Shown here: positions 46,590 through 57,723 of the stretch, piece by piece
Numbering within the stretch: the stretch's first letter is position 1
How the letters are laid out: every line of letters begins with the position of its first letter
Program-made: the position numbers and the translations under genes
From: Deltaproteobacteria bacterium
GTDB lineage: Bacteria; Myxococcota_A; Polyangia; Fen-1088
DNA: 64,000 bases
Direction: 5' to 3'
Assembly: GCA_033763315.1 (NCBI GenBank)
Contig: JANRKS010000007.1
Location: forward strand, 352,001-416,000
The notes under the pieces: model-generated
Told to the model about the DNA's origin: nothing
Database searches by the model: none
What the model saw: only the letters and a program-made list of their open reading frames with translations

Positions 46590-48166
46590 AACGCGTGCTC
46601 TCGGGGTTTGCCCTCGCCACTGCGCTGGCAACTTCTGCGCCCGCGTTTGCGGATGAGCCGCGGCCAAGCGAAGGCGACCTGTTCGGCGCTCCACAGACCG
46701 AGACGCCCGCGTCAGAATCCTCCACACCAGCCGCCCAAGCGCCAGCGCAATCGAACGAGCAAAGCCGCGACAACTTGATGCTGGGCGACGCCAACGCTGC
46801 CACCGTGTTTTCGGCGGACACGGCGCCGCCCGATCCGCTGACGATCGGCGGGTTGATCTATCTACGCAGCCAAAGTTCTGCACGGCAGGGGCAGAGCCCA
46901 CATGATTGGAGCTTCAGCACACCCACGCTGGTGGATGGCTATTTCGACGCGCGTCCCAACGATCGCGTACGCGGCTTTTTGTTGGCACGCCTGTCCTATG
47001 ATCCAACGCTGCCTCAGACCGCCAACGAAGGCACGGTCAATGGCCAAGTCGCGGGCACCGGCAGCTCGCAGGGCAGCCCCAGTTTGTCGAGCTTGTTCCA
47101 GCAACAAACGCGGGCACCTCGCGTAATCATTGATCAGCTGTGGTTGCGGTTCGACATCAAACACCGCGTGTTTGTGACCGCTGGCAAGCAACACGTGCGT
47201 TGGGGCACGGCACGCTTTTGGGCGCCCGGCGATTTTCTGCACATTCGCCGCCGCAACCCACTCGATGTGTTCGACGCACGCGCGGGAACAACGATGTTGA
47301 AGCTGCACATGCCGGTTGAAAGCAAGGGTTGGAACTTTTACGCCTACGCACTGACCGAAGGGGCTGGGCCCACAACCACAGTCGGCACACTGGCTGGCGC
47401 CGCCCGCGCTGAGTTTGTGCTCGGTCAATCCGAACTGGGCCTGGGTGGCTTACTGCAAGAAGGCCGCAAACCGAAAACGCAAGCCGATTTCTCGATCGGA
47501 ATCGGCCCGTTTGATCTCTATGGAGAAGTGGCCATCCGTTATGGCAGCGAAGTCGATCGCGTTCGCTACGACGAAAACGCCACGTTGCCGATGACGACAG
47601 ACCGGCCGCCATGGCAATCAGAAGCCGACTGGCGCAGCCAAAACCTTTCGGCCGCTGTACAAACTTTGTTTCCTTCGTACCGCAAAAACGGTGTGCAGCC
47701 ACAAACGGTGGGTGGCCTCACCTACTCGCTGCAATACGCCGACAAGGATGTGTTAACCCTCGGCGCCGAGTACTTTTATAACCCGCTCGGTTATGACACC
47801 CCCAAGGCGTACCCTGGCCTTGTGCTGCCGCGCACCGCTGTGCTCGCGGATCCGGCAACCTTTTTCTTTCTCGGCCGCCACTACGCGGCGTTGTTCGCAT
47901 CACTACCGGCGCCGTTTAACCTGGATCTGCACACCTTCACGGTATCGACGATCGGCAACCTGTCAGATCAGTCTTTCATCTCTCGGTTTGACTATGCCTA
48001 CACGCTGCTCACCCACATGCGCCTCGAAGCGTTCGCGTCGGTGCGCTACGGCCGCGAACAAGGCGAATTCCGCTTTGGCACCAGCGGCATCAACGTGGGC
48101 ACGCAAACGTTTTCGCTTAAGCCATCCCTGTTCGATCTGGGCGTGGCGTTGCGCGTGAGCATCTGA
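46586..48166 (+). CDS. Probable outer-membrane beta-barrel protein
   Basis: Signal peptide ending AFA, aromatic/alternating beta strands, IDQLWLRF, TAGKQHVRWG, EYFYN, C-terminal strand DLGVALRVSI; ATGA overlap with upstream gene. Confidence 0.7.
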   Translation: MKRVLSGFALATALATSAPAFADEPRPSEGDLFGAPQTETPASESSTPAAQAPAQSNEQSRDNLMLGDANAATVFSADTAPPDPLTIGGLIYLRSQSSARQGQSPHDWSFSTPTLVDGYFDARPNDRVRGFLLARLSYDPTLPQTANEGTVNGQVAGTGSSQGSPSLSSLFQQQTRAPRVIIDQLWLRFDIKHRVFVTAGKQHVRWGTARFWAPGDFLHIRRRNPLDVFDARAGTTMLKLHMPVESKGWNFYAYALTEGAGPTTTVGTLAGAARAEFVLGQSELGLGGLLQEGRKPKTQADFSIGIGPFDLYGEVAIRYGSEVDRVRYDENATLPMTTDRPPWQSEADWRSQNLSAAVQTLFPSYRKNGVQPQTVGGLTYSLQYADKDVLTLGAEYFYNPLGYDTPKAYPGLVLPRTAVLADPATFFFLGRHYAALFASLPAPFNLDLHTFTVSTIGNLSDQSFISRFDYAYTLLTHMRLEAFASVRYGREQGEFRFGTSGINVGTQTFSLKPSLFDLGVALRVSI

Positions 48167-48167
48167 A

Positions 48168-49238
48168 TCACTGCGGTTTACGCTCGATCAAACCGCGCAC
48201 GACGTTTTCGATCTGCGATCGGCTCTTCCAGCCCCAGAACGTCTGCGCCGCGTGCCCCTGCTGATCCAAGATCACAAGGTGGGGCAGATTCACAACCTTG
48301 AATTGCTCAGCGACCCGCCCGTCCGCATCCGCCATCAACACAGGATAAGGCGCCGGATTCACCTTGAGGAAGTCTTGCAGCTCGCTCATCGATAGGTCGA
48401 TGTTGATGCTCACGACCTCAAAGCCTTTGGCCGCCCACTCTCGATGAACGTCGTGTAGCACCGGTGCCAGCTTTAGGCACGGCATGCACCAGCTCGCCCA
48501 AAAGTCGAGGAGCACGACCTTGCCGCGCAAGCTTTCAAGCGAAAGCTGGCCTCCCGGGCCGTTGGCGCGATCAAGCGTGAACGCTGGCACGGCGTCACCT
48601 TCACCAAAGGGCCGCACAGCGTGGGCGTTGCGCACCACCCAGGTGGCGTTCACAAACACCGCCACACCCAAAACGAACGCCAGCGCGGTCACCGCCACGC
48701 GCGGCCCAACACCCGGCTCTTTCGCGGGCACAACGGTCGGCCGGCGTCTCACCACGCGCAAAGCAAACCCAAACACCACCAGCGCCCAAGCCACGCCGGC
48801 CGCCTGCCAAAGCTGATGAGCGCGCATCGTGAACGGGCCCAGCAAGGCGTCCAACGCAAGCGTGCGTTGCACCGCCATCACGGCGAAAAACGGCACGTAA
48901 CACAGGGCCGCCAGTTCAACATCCTTTGAAGGATCGCGGCGGCCTCGTCCTGCCAGCACAGTTAACAAAACGGCGGCGGGCAAGATCACCATCGCGCCTT
49001 CACGAAACGCGAGCGACGCCAGTTGCAACAACCGGCCTAAAACGTCGGTGATGGGTAGATGCGAAAGCCCCAACACCGCCTCGGCTAGGTCGCGCAACCA
49101 AAAACACGCCACACCCACAAGCGCAAGGTAAATGGCGTCACGCAGGCCACCGCCCGCGGCCTCGGCTTCGGCAAGCGCATACGCGGGCGAAGCTAAAACG
49201 GCACCGATGCGAGCGGGGAAACGTGGGGGGCTTGCCAT
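48168..49238 (-). CDS. Multi-TM protein fused to a TlpA/ResA thioredoxin-like disulfide reductase
   Basis: About 5 N-terminal TMs, then LRGKVVLLDFWASWCMPC and F.V..LP. Confidence 0.88.
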   Translation of the reverse strand: MASPPRFPARIGAVLASPAYALAEAEAAGGGLRDAIYLALVGVACFWLRDLAEAVLGLSHLPITDVLGRLLQLASLAFREGAMVILPAAVLLTVLAGRGRRDPSKDVELAALCYVPFFAVMAVQRTLALDALLGPFTMRAHQLWQAAGVAWALVVFGFALRVVRRRPTVVPAKEPGVGPRVAVTALAFVLGVAVFVNATWVVRNAHAVRPFGEGDAVPAFTLDRANGPGGQLSLESLRGKVVLLDFWASWCMPCLKLAPVLHDVHREWAAKGFEVVSINIDLSMSELQDFLKVNPAPYPVLMADADGRVAEQFKVVNLPHLVILDQQGHAAQTFWGWKSRSQIENVVRGLIERKPQ

Positions 49239-49239
49239 A

Positions 49240-50484
49240 TTATTTCTGGGGCGCGCCAACCATGCGGCGGGCTGTCACCGTAAGCGCCGCGGGAACGTTC
49301 TTTGATTTGGCCACTTTCTTGATGTCTTGCTTCGACAACGTGGGCAAAAACCGCATCGCCAACGTCAACGGACACTTCGGGTTGTTCACCAGGTTCCAGC
49401 GAATGGCATACACAGCCGTAAAGTCGCGGCTGCCCGCGATGTGGCGAATGACGTCTTCGTGCACAGACTTGTTGGCGGCTGCGGCGATCACTTCAGAATC
49501 CGTGATCATAGGTGATTTGATCACCGCCATCGCCACCAGCCGGTTCGCATCGCGAATTAGGTTTGTGCGGCAATAAGCGTTGCCGATCGTTGCCATGCGC
49601 ACCTTTTCGTAGATTCTCAGCTTCGAAAAGTCGATCACGCCGGCGCGCTTCTTTTCGCCCTTTTCAACTTTGCTCTTCTCGGGTGCCACCTTCACGGGCG
49701 CGGCGGCCTCCGGCTGTGCCTCGGCTTCGTCTAACGCTGGGGCGTCTCCCAAAGTGTCGGCCTCTTCGTCAAATTCATTGACAGCGTCTTCTTCACTTGG
49801 TGGCGGTAGAAGGGAGGCAGCGTCGTCGGGCTCCGAAGCCACTTCTGCCAGCGCCGCGAACGAAGCGTCGGCGGTGGCGCTCAGCGCTTCAGGCGTTTGC
49901 CGTATCTCCGCCACGATCTCGTCGAAGCCGGGCACATCCACGGCCACGTTGTTGCGCGCACACAACTCAAGCGCGCGGTTCACTGAAGACATGCGCGCGG
50001 CCTTGTTGCCGAACAACGCCTTAACGATGGCCGGCGCCCGTAGTAGACGTGTTTCGTTGGCGAAAATGATCTCGACCAAGCGCTCGGGCAGCCGAGCGGC
50101 CAACACGGCAAACGTCGCGTCGTGCGTCTGGGCGTTGTAGAGCAACGTTTCAACCGCCGCCACGCGGTGATCCGGCAAACGCGTGCCAAAGAAATGCAGC
50201 ACGCTTGCTGGCAAAGGCTCTTTAAGCAGCGTCAACAACACCGGATCCGGCAACGACGAAGGCGCTGCATCGGCTGCACCTGAAACGCTGGCATCGCCAT
50301 CGAAAGACAGTTGATAGATAGCTACGGCCAGCTCGGCCGGCTTGAACGGCGCAATGCCTCGCGCCGCCATCGTTTTCATGGGTACGCCCGCCGAGATCAG
50401 CTTTGCCACACTTGGTGGCAACTGTTCCGGTGGCAGCGGTGCCTTCAGATCGCTTGGGATCAGATTAGCTTCGGTTTCTCTCAT
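49240..50484 (-). CDS. Conserved helical-repeat hypothetical protein
   Basis: C-terminal EKVRMA..GN...R..LIRD.NRLVA.AV..SP...LVNNPKCP helical repeats and acidic linker; overlaps the coaX stop. Confidence 0.75.
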   Translation of the reverse strand: MRETEANLIPSDLKAPLPPEQLPPSVAKLISAGVPMKTMAARGIAPFKPAELAVAIYQLSFDGDASVSGAADAAPSSLPDPVLLTLLKEPLPASVLHFFGTRLPDHRVAAVETLLYNAQTHDATFAVLAARLPERLVEIIFANETRLLRAPAIVKALFGNKAARMSSVNRALELCARNNVAVDVPGFDEIVAEIRQTPEALSATADASFAALAEVASEPDDAASLLPPPSEEDAVNEFDEEADTLGDAPALDEAEAQPEAAAPVKVAPEKSKVEKGEKKRAGVIDFSKLRIYEKVRMATIGNAYCRTNLIRDANRLVAMAVIKSPMITDSEVIAAAANKSVHEDVIRHIAGSRDFTAVYAIRWNLVNNPKCPLTLAMRFLPTLSKQDIKKVAKSKNVPAALTVTARRMVGAPQK

Positions 50485-51232
50485 GAATGATCCGCAACCC
50501 TGTCAGCGTCAGAAATTCGTCGTGGTCTTGAATCGTTGTTGATTCCGCAGTGACGATGGCCCCCAGACCGCCGGTGGCCACCACCTTGGGCTCGAAATCT
50601 ATTTCGGTCCGAATGCGCGTCACTAAAGCATCAACCATACCGGCGTAGCCGAACACCAAACCGGACTGGATGCTGGCCACCGTGTTCTTACCGATGGCGG
50701 TGCGTGGCCGCACAATCTCAACGCGCGGCAATTTGGCCGTGGCACGAAACAACCCCTCGGCCGCTGTGACCAAGCCGGGCGCGATGATGCCACCAGCGTA
50801 TTCACCCTTGGGCGTCACCACATCAAAGGTGGTGGCCGTGCCAAAATCCACCACGATTGCGCCCGCGTGGTAACGGTCGAACGCCGCCACGGCATTCACG
50901 ATGCGATCGGCCCCCACCTCACGGGGGTTGTCGTAAAGCACAGGCATGCCCGTCTTGATGCCCGGTCCCACCACCAAAGCGGGGTTACGCACGTGTTTGG
51001 CGAACAAGCGCTCCACGGCATCGGTGGCCGGGGGCACAACGGACGATATAATGCCCGACGTGATGTCGCCCAGCCCACTGCCTTCCAGCTGCAACAGCCC
51101 GTGTAGCAGTGCGCCCAATTCATCCGCGGTTCGGCCCACACGCGTTTCCACGCGGAAATGCCGGCGCAAACTGGCGCCTTCAAAAAGCCCGAAAACGGTG
51201 TGTGAGTTGCCGATGTCTACGGCCAGCAGCAT
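50465..51232 (-). CDS. coaX: Type III pantothenate kinase
   Basis: LLAVDIGNS, SSVVP, VGADR, VDFGTATTFD, GGIIAPG, VATGG, LTLTGL. Confidence 0.96.
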   Translation of the reverse strand: MLLAVDIGNSHTVFGLFEGASLRRHFRVETRVGRTADELGALLHGLLQLEGSGLGDITSGIISSVVPPATDAVERLFAKHVRNPALVVGPGIKTGMPVLYDNPREVGADRIVNAVAAFDRYHAGAIVVDFGTATTFDVVTPKGEYAGGIIAPGLVTAAEGLFRATAKLPRVEIVRPRTAIGKNTVASIQSGLVFGYAGMVDALVTRIRTEIDFEPKVVATGGLGAIVTAESTTIQDHDEFLTLTGLRIIHERNRS

Positions 51233-52523
51233 GGGTCGCTCATTCTACCCGATTGCTGCACGTGCGCTCGCCATGGCGCTGCTCTTGGTGGCGTGTAAGA
51301 AAAAGCCCATTGCCGATGTGCCCGATGAACATGGGCGGCTGAACCTCATCTCGGCGAACCTCGAAAAGGCCTTCGGCACACGCGCTTTGCCACCTGTGGA
51401 CGAAAGCCCCAGCTTCGCGGCTCGTTTGCGCGCTTGGGTTGATTTTCGTGATTGTGCCATCCGCACCTACGTCGCGCGCCGGCGTGCCAGCGATGCCGCC
51501 CGCGAACATGGTGCCGATCGCCCCACATACCACGCCAGCGTGGGAGACGAGACAGTGGAGGAATGCGCGGTACAAGCGGCTGTGGAAAAAGACGATGCCT
51601 CGTTCTGCGAGCGGCTTGCCATCGACTTTAAACGCCAAGATGGGTTGCCCCCGATGCCGGCCATGCGTTGCTGGGACACGCGCGCCCGTGTTTTGGGGCA
51701 CCCGGCAGAATGTCCTTTGCAGTGGTTAACCACCGGCGTGGTGGGGCGCAACGCCGAATGTTTGGCGATGGCCGCGCGCGACGCCAGCTTCTGCGTGTTT
51801 GCCCCCTCAGAAGCGCGTTGCCGCGCGCTTGTGACGGGTGACGCGGATCAATGCCACGGCGCCCCACTCGACTGCCGCGCCGCCGTGGCCTATTGGGAAG
51901 GCCTCGTGCCCGCACGGCAAGGCCAAGCCGCGTTTGCGGCGCCTGCCCTCACGTTGGCTGCGCCCAACGCGCCGAACAAACCTGGTGACGTCCCGGGCCT
52001 GAAGTTTCACCTGGCCTTTCTTGCCGATCAAAACCGTGCGGACCGCGTGCAGGTGCAAGCGCCCCTTGATGCCCTCGGCATTGATTGGCCCGCGCAAACC
52101 AATGCAAACACGATGAGGCCTGCAGGCCTGCCACCGGGCAGTGCGCTGTGGGGGGTGGACATCAACCAATTGTTCTCGCCCGAGGTCACACCCAAGATGG
52201 CCGAGGTCGCGTTTGTGTCTGAGCGCGTGTCGATGCGGTTCGCCTTCACGCCGGCGGGCTTACCCAGTGGCTCCTTGCCGCTCGGCCCACCGGGGCCGGC
52301 TGCAGCAGCCACGTTGTTCGTGGCGCTCAAAGACTCCCGCGGCAAGCGGCTTATTTGCCAACCCGGATTCGAGACGAAAGGAACCGTCACGTTCAAAACC
52401 GAAGGCCAAAGCGCGGGCGGCTTCGTGACCGGCCACATCGACGCGCAAGCCTTCCCGTGCGACGATGGCACCACAGCCCACCTGCAGGGCGATTTTCGCT
52501 TGGCCATCTTAAGCACCCGCTAG
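51231..52523 (+). CDS. Cys-rich lipoprotein, hypothetical
   Basis: MGRSFYPIAARALAMALLLVAC lipobox; helical Cys repeats (C...A....DASFC) then a beta-rich domain. The track's longer N-terminus is antisense to coaX. Confidence 0.7.
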   Translation: MGRSFYPIAARALAMALLLVACKKKPIADVPDEHGRLNLISANLEKAFGTRALPPVDESPSFAARLRAWVDFRDCAIRTYVARRRASDAAREHGADRPTYHASVGDETVEECAVQAAVEKDDASFCERLAIDFKRQDGLPPMPAMRCWDTRARVLGHPAECPLQWLTTGVVGRNAECLAMAARDASFCVFAPSEARCRALVTGDADQCHGAPLDCRAAVAYWEGLVPARQGQAAFAAPALTLAAPNAPNKPGDVPGLKFHLAFLADQNRADRVQVQAPLDALGIDWPAQTNANTMRPAGLPPGSALWGVDINQLFSPEVTPKMAEVAFVSERVSMRFAFTPAGLPSGSLPLGPPGPAAAATLFVALKDSRGKRLICQPGFETKGTVTFKTEGQSAGGFVTGHIDAQAFPCDDGTTAHLQGDFRLAILSTR

Positions 52524-52529
52524 TTTGTG

Positions 52530-54263
52530 ATGACTGATCCTGCCGCGCCCCACGCCACCGCTGATGTCTCTAACGAGACTGGCGTAATGTCATCGGGCCC
52601 CGAGCTTGGCCGGCGCGCAGGTGATCGATTGGCAAACCACCGCGTGGGCTCACACACGCGCCGCCGTTTGGGCCTGTTTGCCAGCGCGGGCATTCTCGCC
52701 GCCGCAGCGCTGACGTTCTTCGGTTTGTTCTGGGTGATCGATCTTGCCATTCAACAACACGAGAGCGCATTTTCGCCAGCCGGCTTCGGCGTGTTCTTTC
52801 ACTTCGACATCGAAACCCTGCAAAACACGTTGGGCAGCCTCGCCCAGATCATTGTGGCGGTGTTGGGCATCGCGATCACAGTGGTTTCGATCGTCGTGCA
52901 GTTGGCTGCCACCCGCTATTCATCTCACATTGCCAACCTGTTCTTCCGCGATCGCACGAACCTCGCGATCATGGGATTCTTTGTGGTCGCGTGCATTGAC
53001 GTTGTGTGGGTGAGCCTGGGCGTGCACACCGATTTCATGCCGCTGGCTTCCGTGGTGGCGTCGCTGGTGGTGCTCACTGGCAGCTTGTTGATGTTGATCC
53101 CCTACTTCGCCTACGTGTTCGACTTTCTGGATCCCGCGCGCGTCATCGCACAGATCGGACAAAGCACTTTGGACGCCGCCATCAAGCGCCGCCCTTCACA
53201 AGGCAAAAGCGTCACGGCCCGTCACGATGTGGCTGCCACCAGCTTGGAACGATTGGCGGACGTGGCGGTGAACTCTGTGGCACAAAAAGATAAGGTCATC
53301 GCCTCGCAGGCCGTGGCCACCTTACGCGACGTTTTGGTGAGTTATCTTCGGGAAAAACCGCGGCTGCCAAACAAATGGTTCAAGGTGGGCGAGCGCCTTC
53401 GGCAAGACGCCGACTTTGCCGTGATGGCCCCCGAATCGATTCTGCAGATCGAAGAAGATCAAACGTGGTTTGAATGGAAAGGCCTGCGGCAACTGCGCCT
53501 GGTGTTCGCCGAATCACTCAAGTCTTTGCCCGAAGTGGCTCATGGCGTGGCGGTGGCCACTCGACGCATCGGGGAGGCGGCCGTGGCCATCAACGATCGC
53601 AAAGCGATCGCGGCGGCGATTAAATTCTTCAATACGTACCTGCGAACCGCGTTGAACGCCAGCGACGTGCGTTCGGCTTACAACGTCCTAAACGAATACC
53701 GCCACATGACCGAAGAGATCATGCACAGCGGGATGGATGGTCTCACGCTGCAGATCGCCCAACACTTCAAGTACTACGGACAGATCGCGCATGCGATGGG
53801 CCTTGGCTTTGTGACCGAAACCGCAGCGTATGATTTGTCAGTGCTTTGCGAAAAGGCGTTCGCGCAAAAGGCGCTCTGCCACGCTGATTTGCTGCAGGTG
53901 TTCTTGGAGGTCGATAAAGAAGCCGAGACGCTGGCCGAAGAAAAAGCGCTGCGCGGCGTTCGCAAGGCCCAAGTGCGGTTGGCCACCTATTACATGGTGA
54001 ACAACGAAGAAGCCCTGGCCCGCACCATCTTCGAAGACATGCGCGCCGAGACCCCACTGCGTCTCACCTCCATCCGCGCCGAACTTGAAGCCGTTGACGC
54101 CAAGGACTTCTGGGAGGTCACCGACCGCGGCATCAACTTCGACTACTTGGACCCCCGCCGCAAAGCCCAACTCGACGCCTTCTTCGCCTGGTTCGGCGAC
54201 CTGCCTCGCAAGGTCACCAGGCTGACCCCCGCACCCGGCGAGCCCAACCCGCCAATCTTGTAA
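52530..54263 (+). CDS. DUF2254-like membrane protein
   Basis: GIAITVVSIVVQLAATRYS, 4 TMs, LADVAVNSVAQKD, helical C-terminal region. Confidence 0.7.
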   Translation: MTDPAAPHATADVSNETGVMSSGPELGRRAGDRLANHRVGSHTRRRLGLFASAGILAAAALTFFGLFWVIDLAIQQHESAFSPAGFGVFFHFDIETLQNTLGSLAQIIVAVLGIAITVVSIVVQLAATRYSSHIANLFFRDRTNLAIMGFFVVACIDVVWVSLGVHTDFMPLASVVASLVVLTGSLLMLIPYFAYVFDFLDPARVIAQIGQSTLDAAIKRRPSQGKSVTARHDVAATSLERLADVAVNSVAQKDKVIASQAVATLRDVLVSYLREKPRLPNKWFKVGERLRQDADFAVMAPESILQIEEDQTWFEWKGLRQLRLVFAESLKSLPEVAHGVAVATRRIGEAAVAINDRKAIAAAIKFFNTYLRTALNASDVRSAYNVLNEYRHMTEEIMHSGMDGLTLQIAQHFKYYGQIAHAMGLGFVTETAAYDLSVLCEKAFAQKALCHADLLQVFLEVDKEAETLAEEKALRGVRKAQVRLATYYMVNNEEALARTIFEDMRAETPLRLTSIRAELEAVDAKDFWEVTDRGINFDYLDPRRKAQLDAFFAWFGDLPRKVTRLTPAPGEPNPPIL

Positions 54264-54265
54264 AT

Positions 54266-54284
54266 ATTACTTTTGGAAAGTAAT
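54266..54284. promoter_or_regulatory. AT-rich inverted repeat (operator-like)
   Basis: ATTACTTT-TGG-AAAGTAAT, perfect 8-bp arms, about 155 bp upstream of the HD-GYP gene. Confidence 0.5.
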
Positions 54285-54439
54285 TTCTCCGCGCCTGCCC
54301 CCTCGGTTGGCCGCAGGCATGCCTGGCGTGGAAAAAGCCGGCCTTTCTTATCCTGACGCGCCGCTACGCACAGAACTTTCGACTAAGATTCAGTGGTTCG
54401 CCCCCACCTGCCGATTTGATCCCTGCCCGCCCGCCCAAC

Positions 54440-56080
<1,641 letters not shown>

Positions 56081-56088
56081 AAAAAGCA

Positions 56089-56123
56089 AAACCCCAGCCG
56101 GCCGAAGTGGCGAGCTGGGGTTT
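56089..56123. terminator. Intrinsic terminator between convergent genes
   Basis: Stem AAACCCCAGC...GCTGGGGTTT; the A-run at 56081-56091 gives a U-tract on the minus strand. Confidence 0.8.
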
Positions 56124-56155
56124 GGGTGTAAAGCGCCGCGGGGGCGCTCACAGCG

Positions 56156-57556
56156 TTACATCGCGCAGGTGATGTCCTTGAAGATCCAGCGGAGTTGGTG
56201 GGCGAGAGCGACGCCGCCCCAGGTGTTCGGATCATGACCACCGCCCGTGATCACAAAAAGCTGGTAAGGCATTCCTTTTGTCTTCATGGCGTTGGCCACC
56301 GCCCTGTTTTCAGTCAGCCAAGTGGCCTTGCAGGCCGACGCATCTATGGCTCCCGGACCGGTAGGAACTTGTCCATTAGGTTTCGGGCAATCTGTCGCGG
56401 CTCTTTCCGCGACCGTTCCGTAGATGTCGCAAGTGCCAACGGTTCCCGTCCAGCGAATGGAACGAGCAGGGCAGAAGGCAATCTCCTTGCTGTAGGCATC
56501 ATTCTTGGGGGTGCAGCCTGGCTCTAGCGTGGGGCAGGATCCAAGACCGCCATGACATCCGAAACAAACCAAGCTCGGGCTGCCGCCAATGCCCTTCGAG
56601 ATGATGTCGGTACCCATCCAGATGGTATCGAAAGAGTTCGTTCCAGCAGTGCTTTGACCGGCAATCGAGCGATATGCTGGGTCGTTCGAGATCTTCGAGA
56701 AACGGGCCTTGAGCGCTGGGAGCACTTTCTCCTTTAGCGACTTTATCCTATCGATCGGACCAAGATCGTCGTTAAGAAAGACCGCGATCGTGTAGGGGAT
56801 CTGCTTCTGCGCAACGAGATACTCATGAATGTTTTCAATGTGATAGGTGCTCGAGTTTTGGCCTGAATTGGCGAATAAACTCGTCCAGAACGTGATTGCT
56901 ACTTTTCCGTTTTCTGCGCCTTTGTAACCTGCGTCATTATTTTCGCCGCCGGGAAGGTACACACGACCAACGTTGGCCACTGTAACGTTCGTGCCAGTTG
57001 CAGGCTGATTCCATGCCGTGTCGTCCAGCCTGCCTTGACCAACGGTGAAAATGCCGTCCTGGTTGTACATCTGACCGCAGAACCCGTCGCTCTTCAGCGC
57101 CTTTGACATGTATACCGGGGTGCCCGCCGGACCGCATTGATGCTGGTCGGGGTGGTCAGGCCGATAGATGCACGTAGGCTCAGTAAAAATTGTCATCTCG
57201 TTAACTGACATGCCGCCACTGCCACCCATAGCGGCTCCCCCTGAACCACCATTCCCAGATCCGCCAGCCCCACCGGAGCCTCCCGGCGCGGCGCCTCCTG
57301 AACCTCCGGTGCTGGATCCGCCTTTGCCGCCGGACGATGAGCCGCCCCCCTTGCCACCGCTGGACGTTCCTCCCTTGCCGCCGGAGCTTGTTGAGTCGCC
57401 ACCACCACCACCCGAATCGCTACCGCCTTGGTCACCACCACCTCCACCACCTCCTCCTCCACCGCCACCACAACTCTGGCAGACAACCGCGACAGCCGCG
57501 GCTGCAGCAAAACCAAACAACGTGAACTGCAGCTTGGTGAGACGGGCTACGCGCAT
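56156..57556 (-). CDS. Lipoprotein with poly-Gly linker and Fes-like alpha/beta-hydrolase domain
   Basis: Signal ending CQSC, poly-Gly linker, RVYLPG, L......IP.TIAVF, RSIAGQSTAG (Ser elbow), N..VANAM..KG.PY, GGGH. Confidence 0.75.
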   Translation of the reverse strand: MRVARLTKLQFTLFGFAAAAAVAVVCQSCGGGGGGGGGGGGDQGGSDSGGGGGDSTSSGGKGGTSSGGKGGGSSSGGKGGSSTGGSGGAAPGGSGGAGGSGNGGSGGAAMGGSGGMSVNEMTIFTEPTCIYRPDHPDQHQCGPAGTPVYMSKALKSDGFCGQMYNQDGIFTVGQGRLDDTAWNQPATGTNVTVANVGRVYLPGGENNDAGYKGAENGKVAITFWTSLFANSGQNSSTYHIENIHEYLVAQKQIPYTIAVFLNDDLGPIDRIKSLKEKVLPALKARFSKISNDPAYRSIAGQSTAGTNSFDTIWMGTDIISKGIGGSPSLVCFGCHGGLGSCPTLEPGCTPKNDAYSKEIAFCPARSIRWTGTVGTCDIYGTVAERAATDCPKPNGQVPTGPGAIDASACKATWLTENRAVANAMKTKGMPYQLFVITGGGHDPNTWGGVALAHQLRWIFKDITCAM

Positions 57557-57723
57557 GAGAACTTCCTCCAGATAGGTTCGGGAACTACGACCTAAAGGTC
57601 AGCCAACTCGACAATTCGCACAGTCTCGATTAGGCATGACCCAGTAAATTATAACTAGGTACGGTGCCAGAATGGACGCGAGCCTTCAAGTAAAAGCCAG
57701 CGTCCGTTGGGACCCCACGCACC

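Noticed and set aside
50946-51230. N-terminal extension of the 525-aa ORF in the track
   Set aside because: It is antisense to coaX; the lipoprotein signal begins at 51231.
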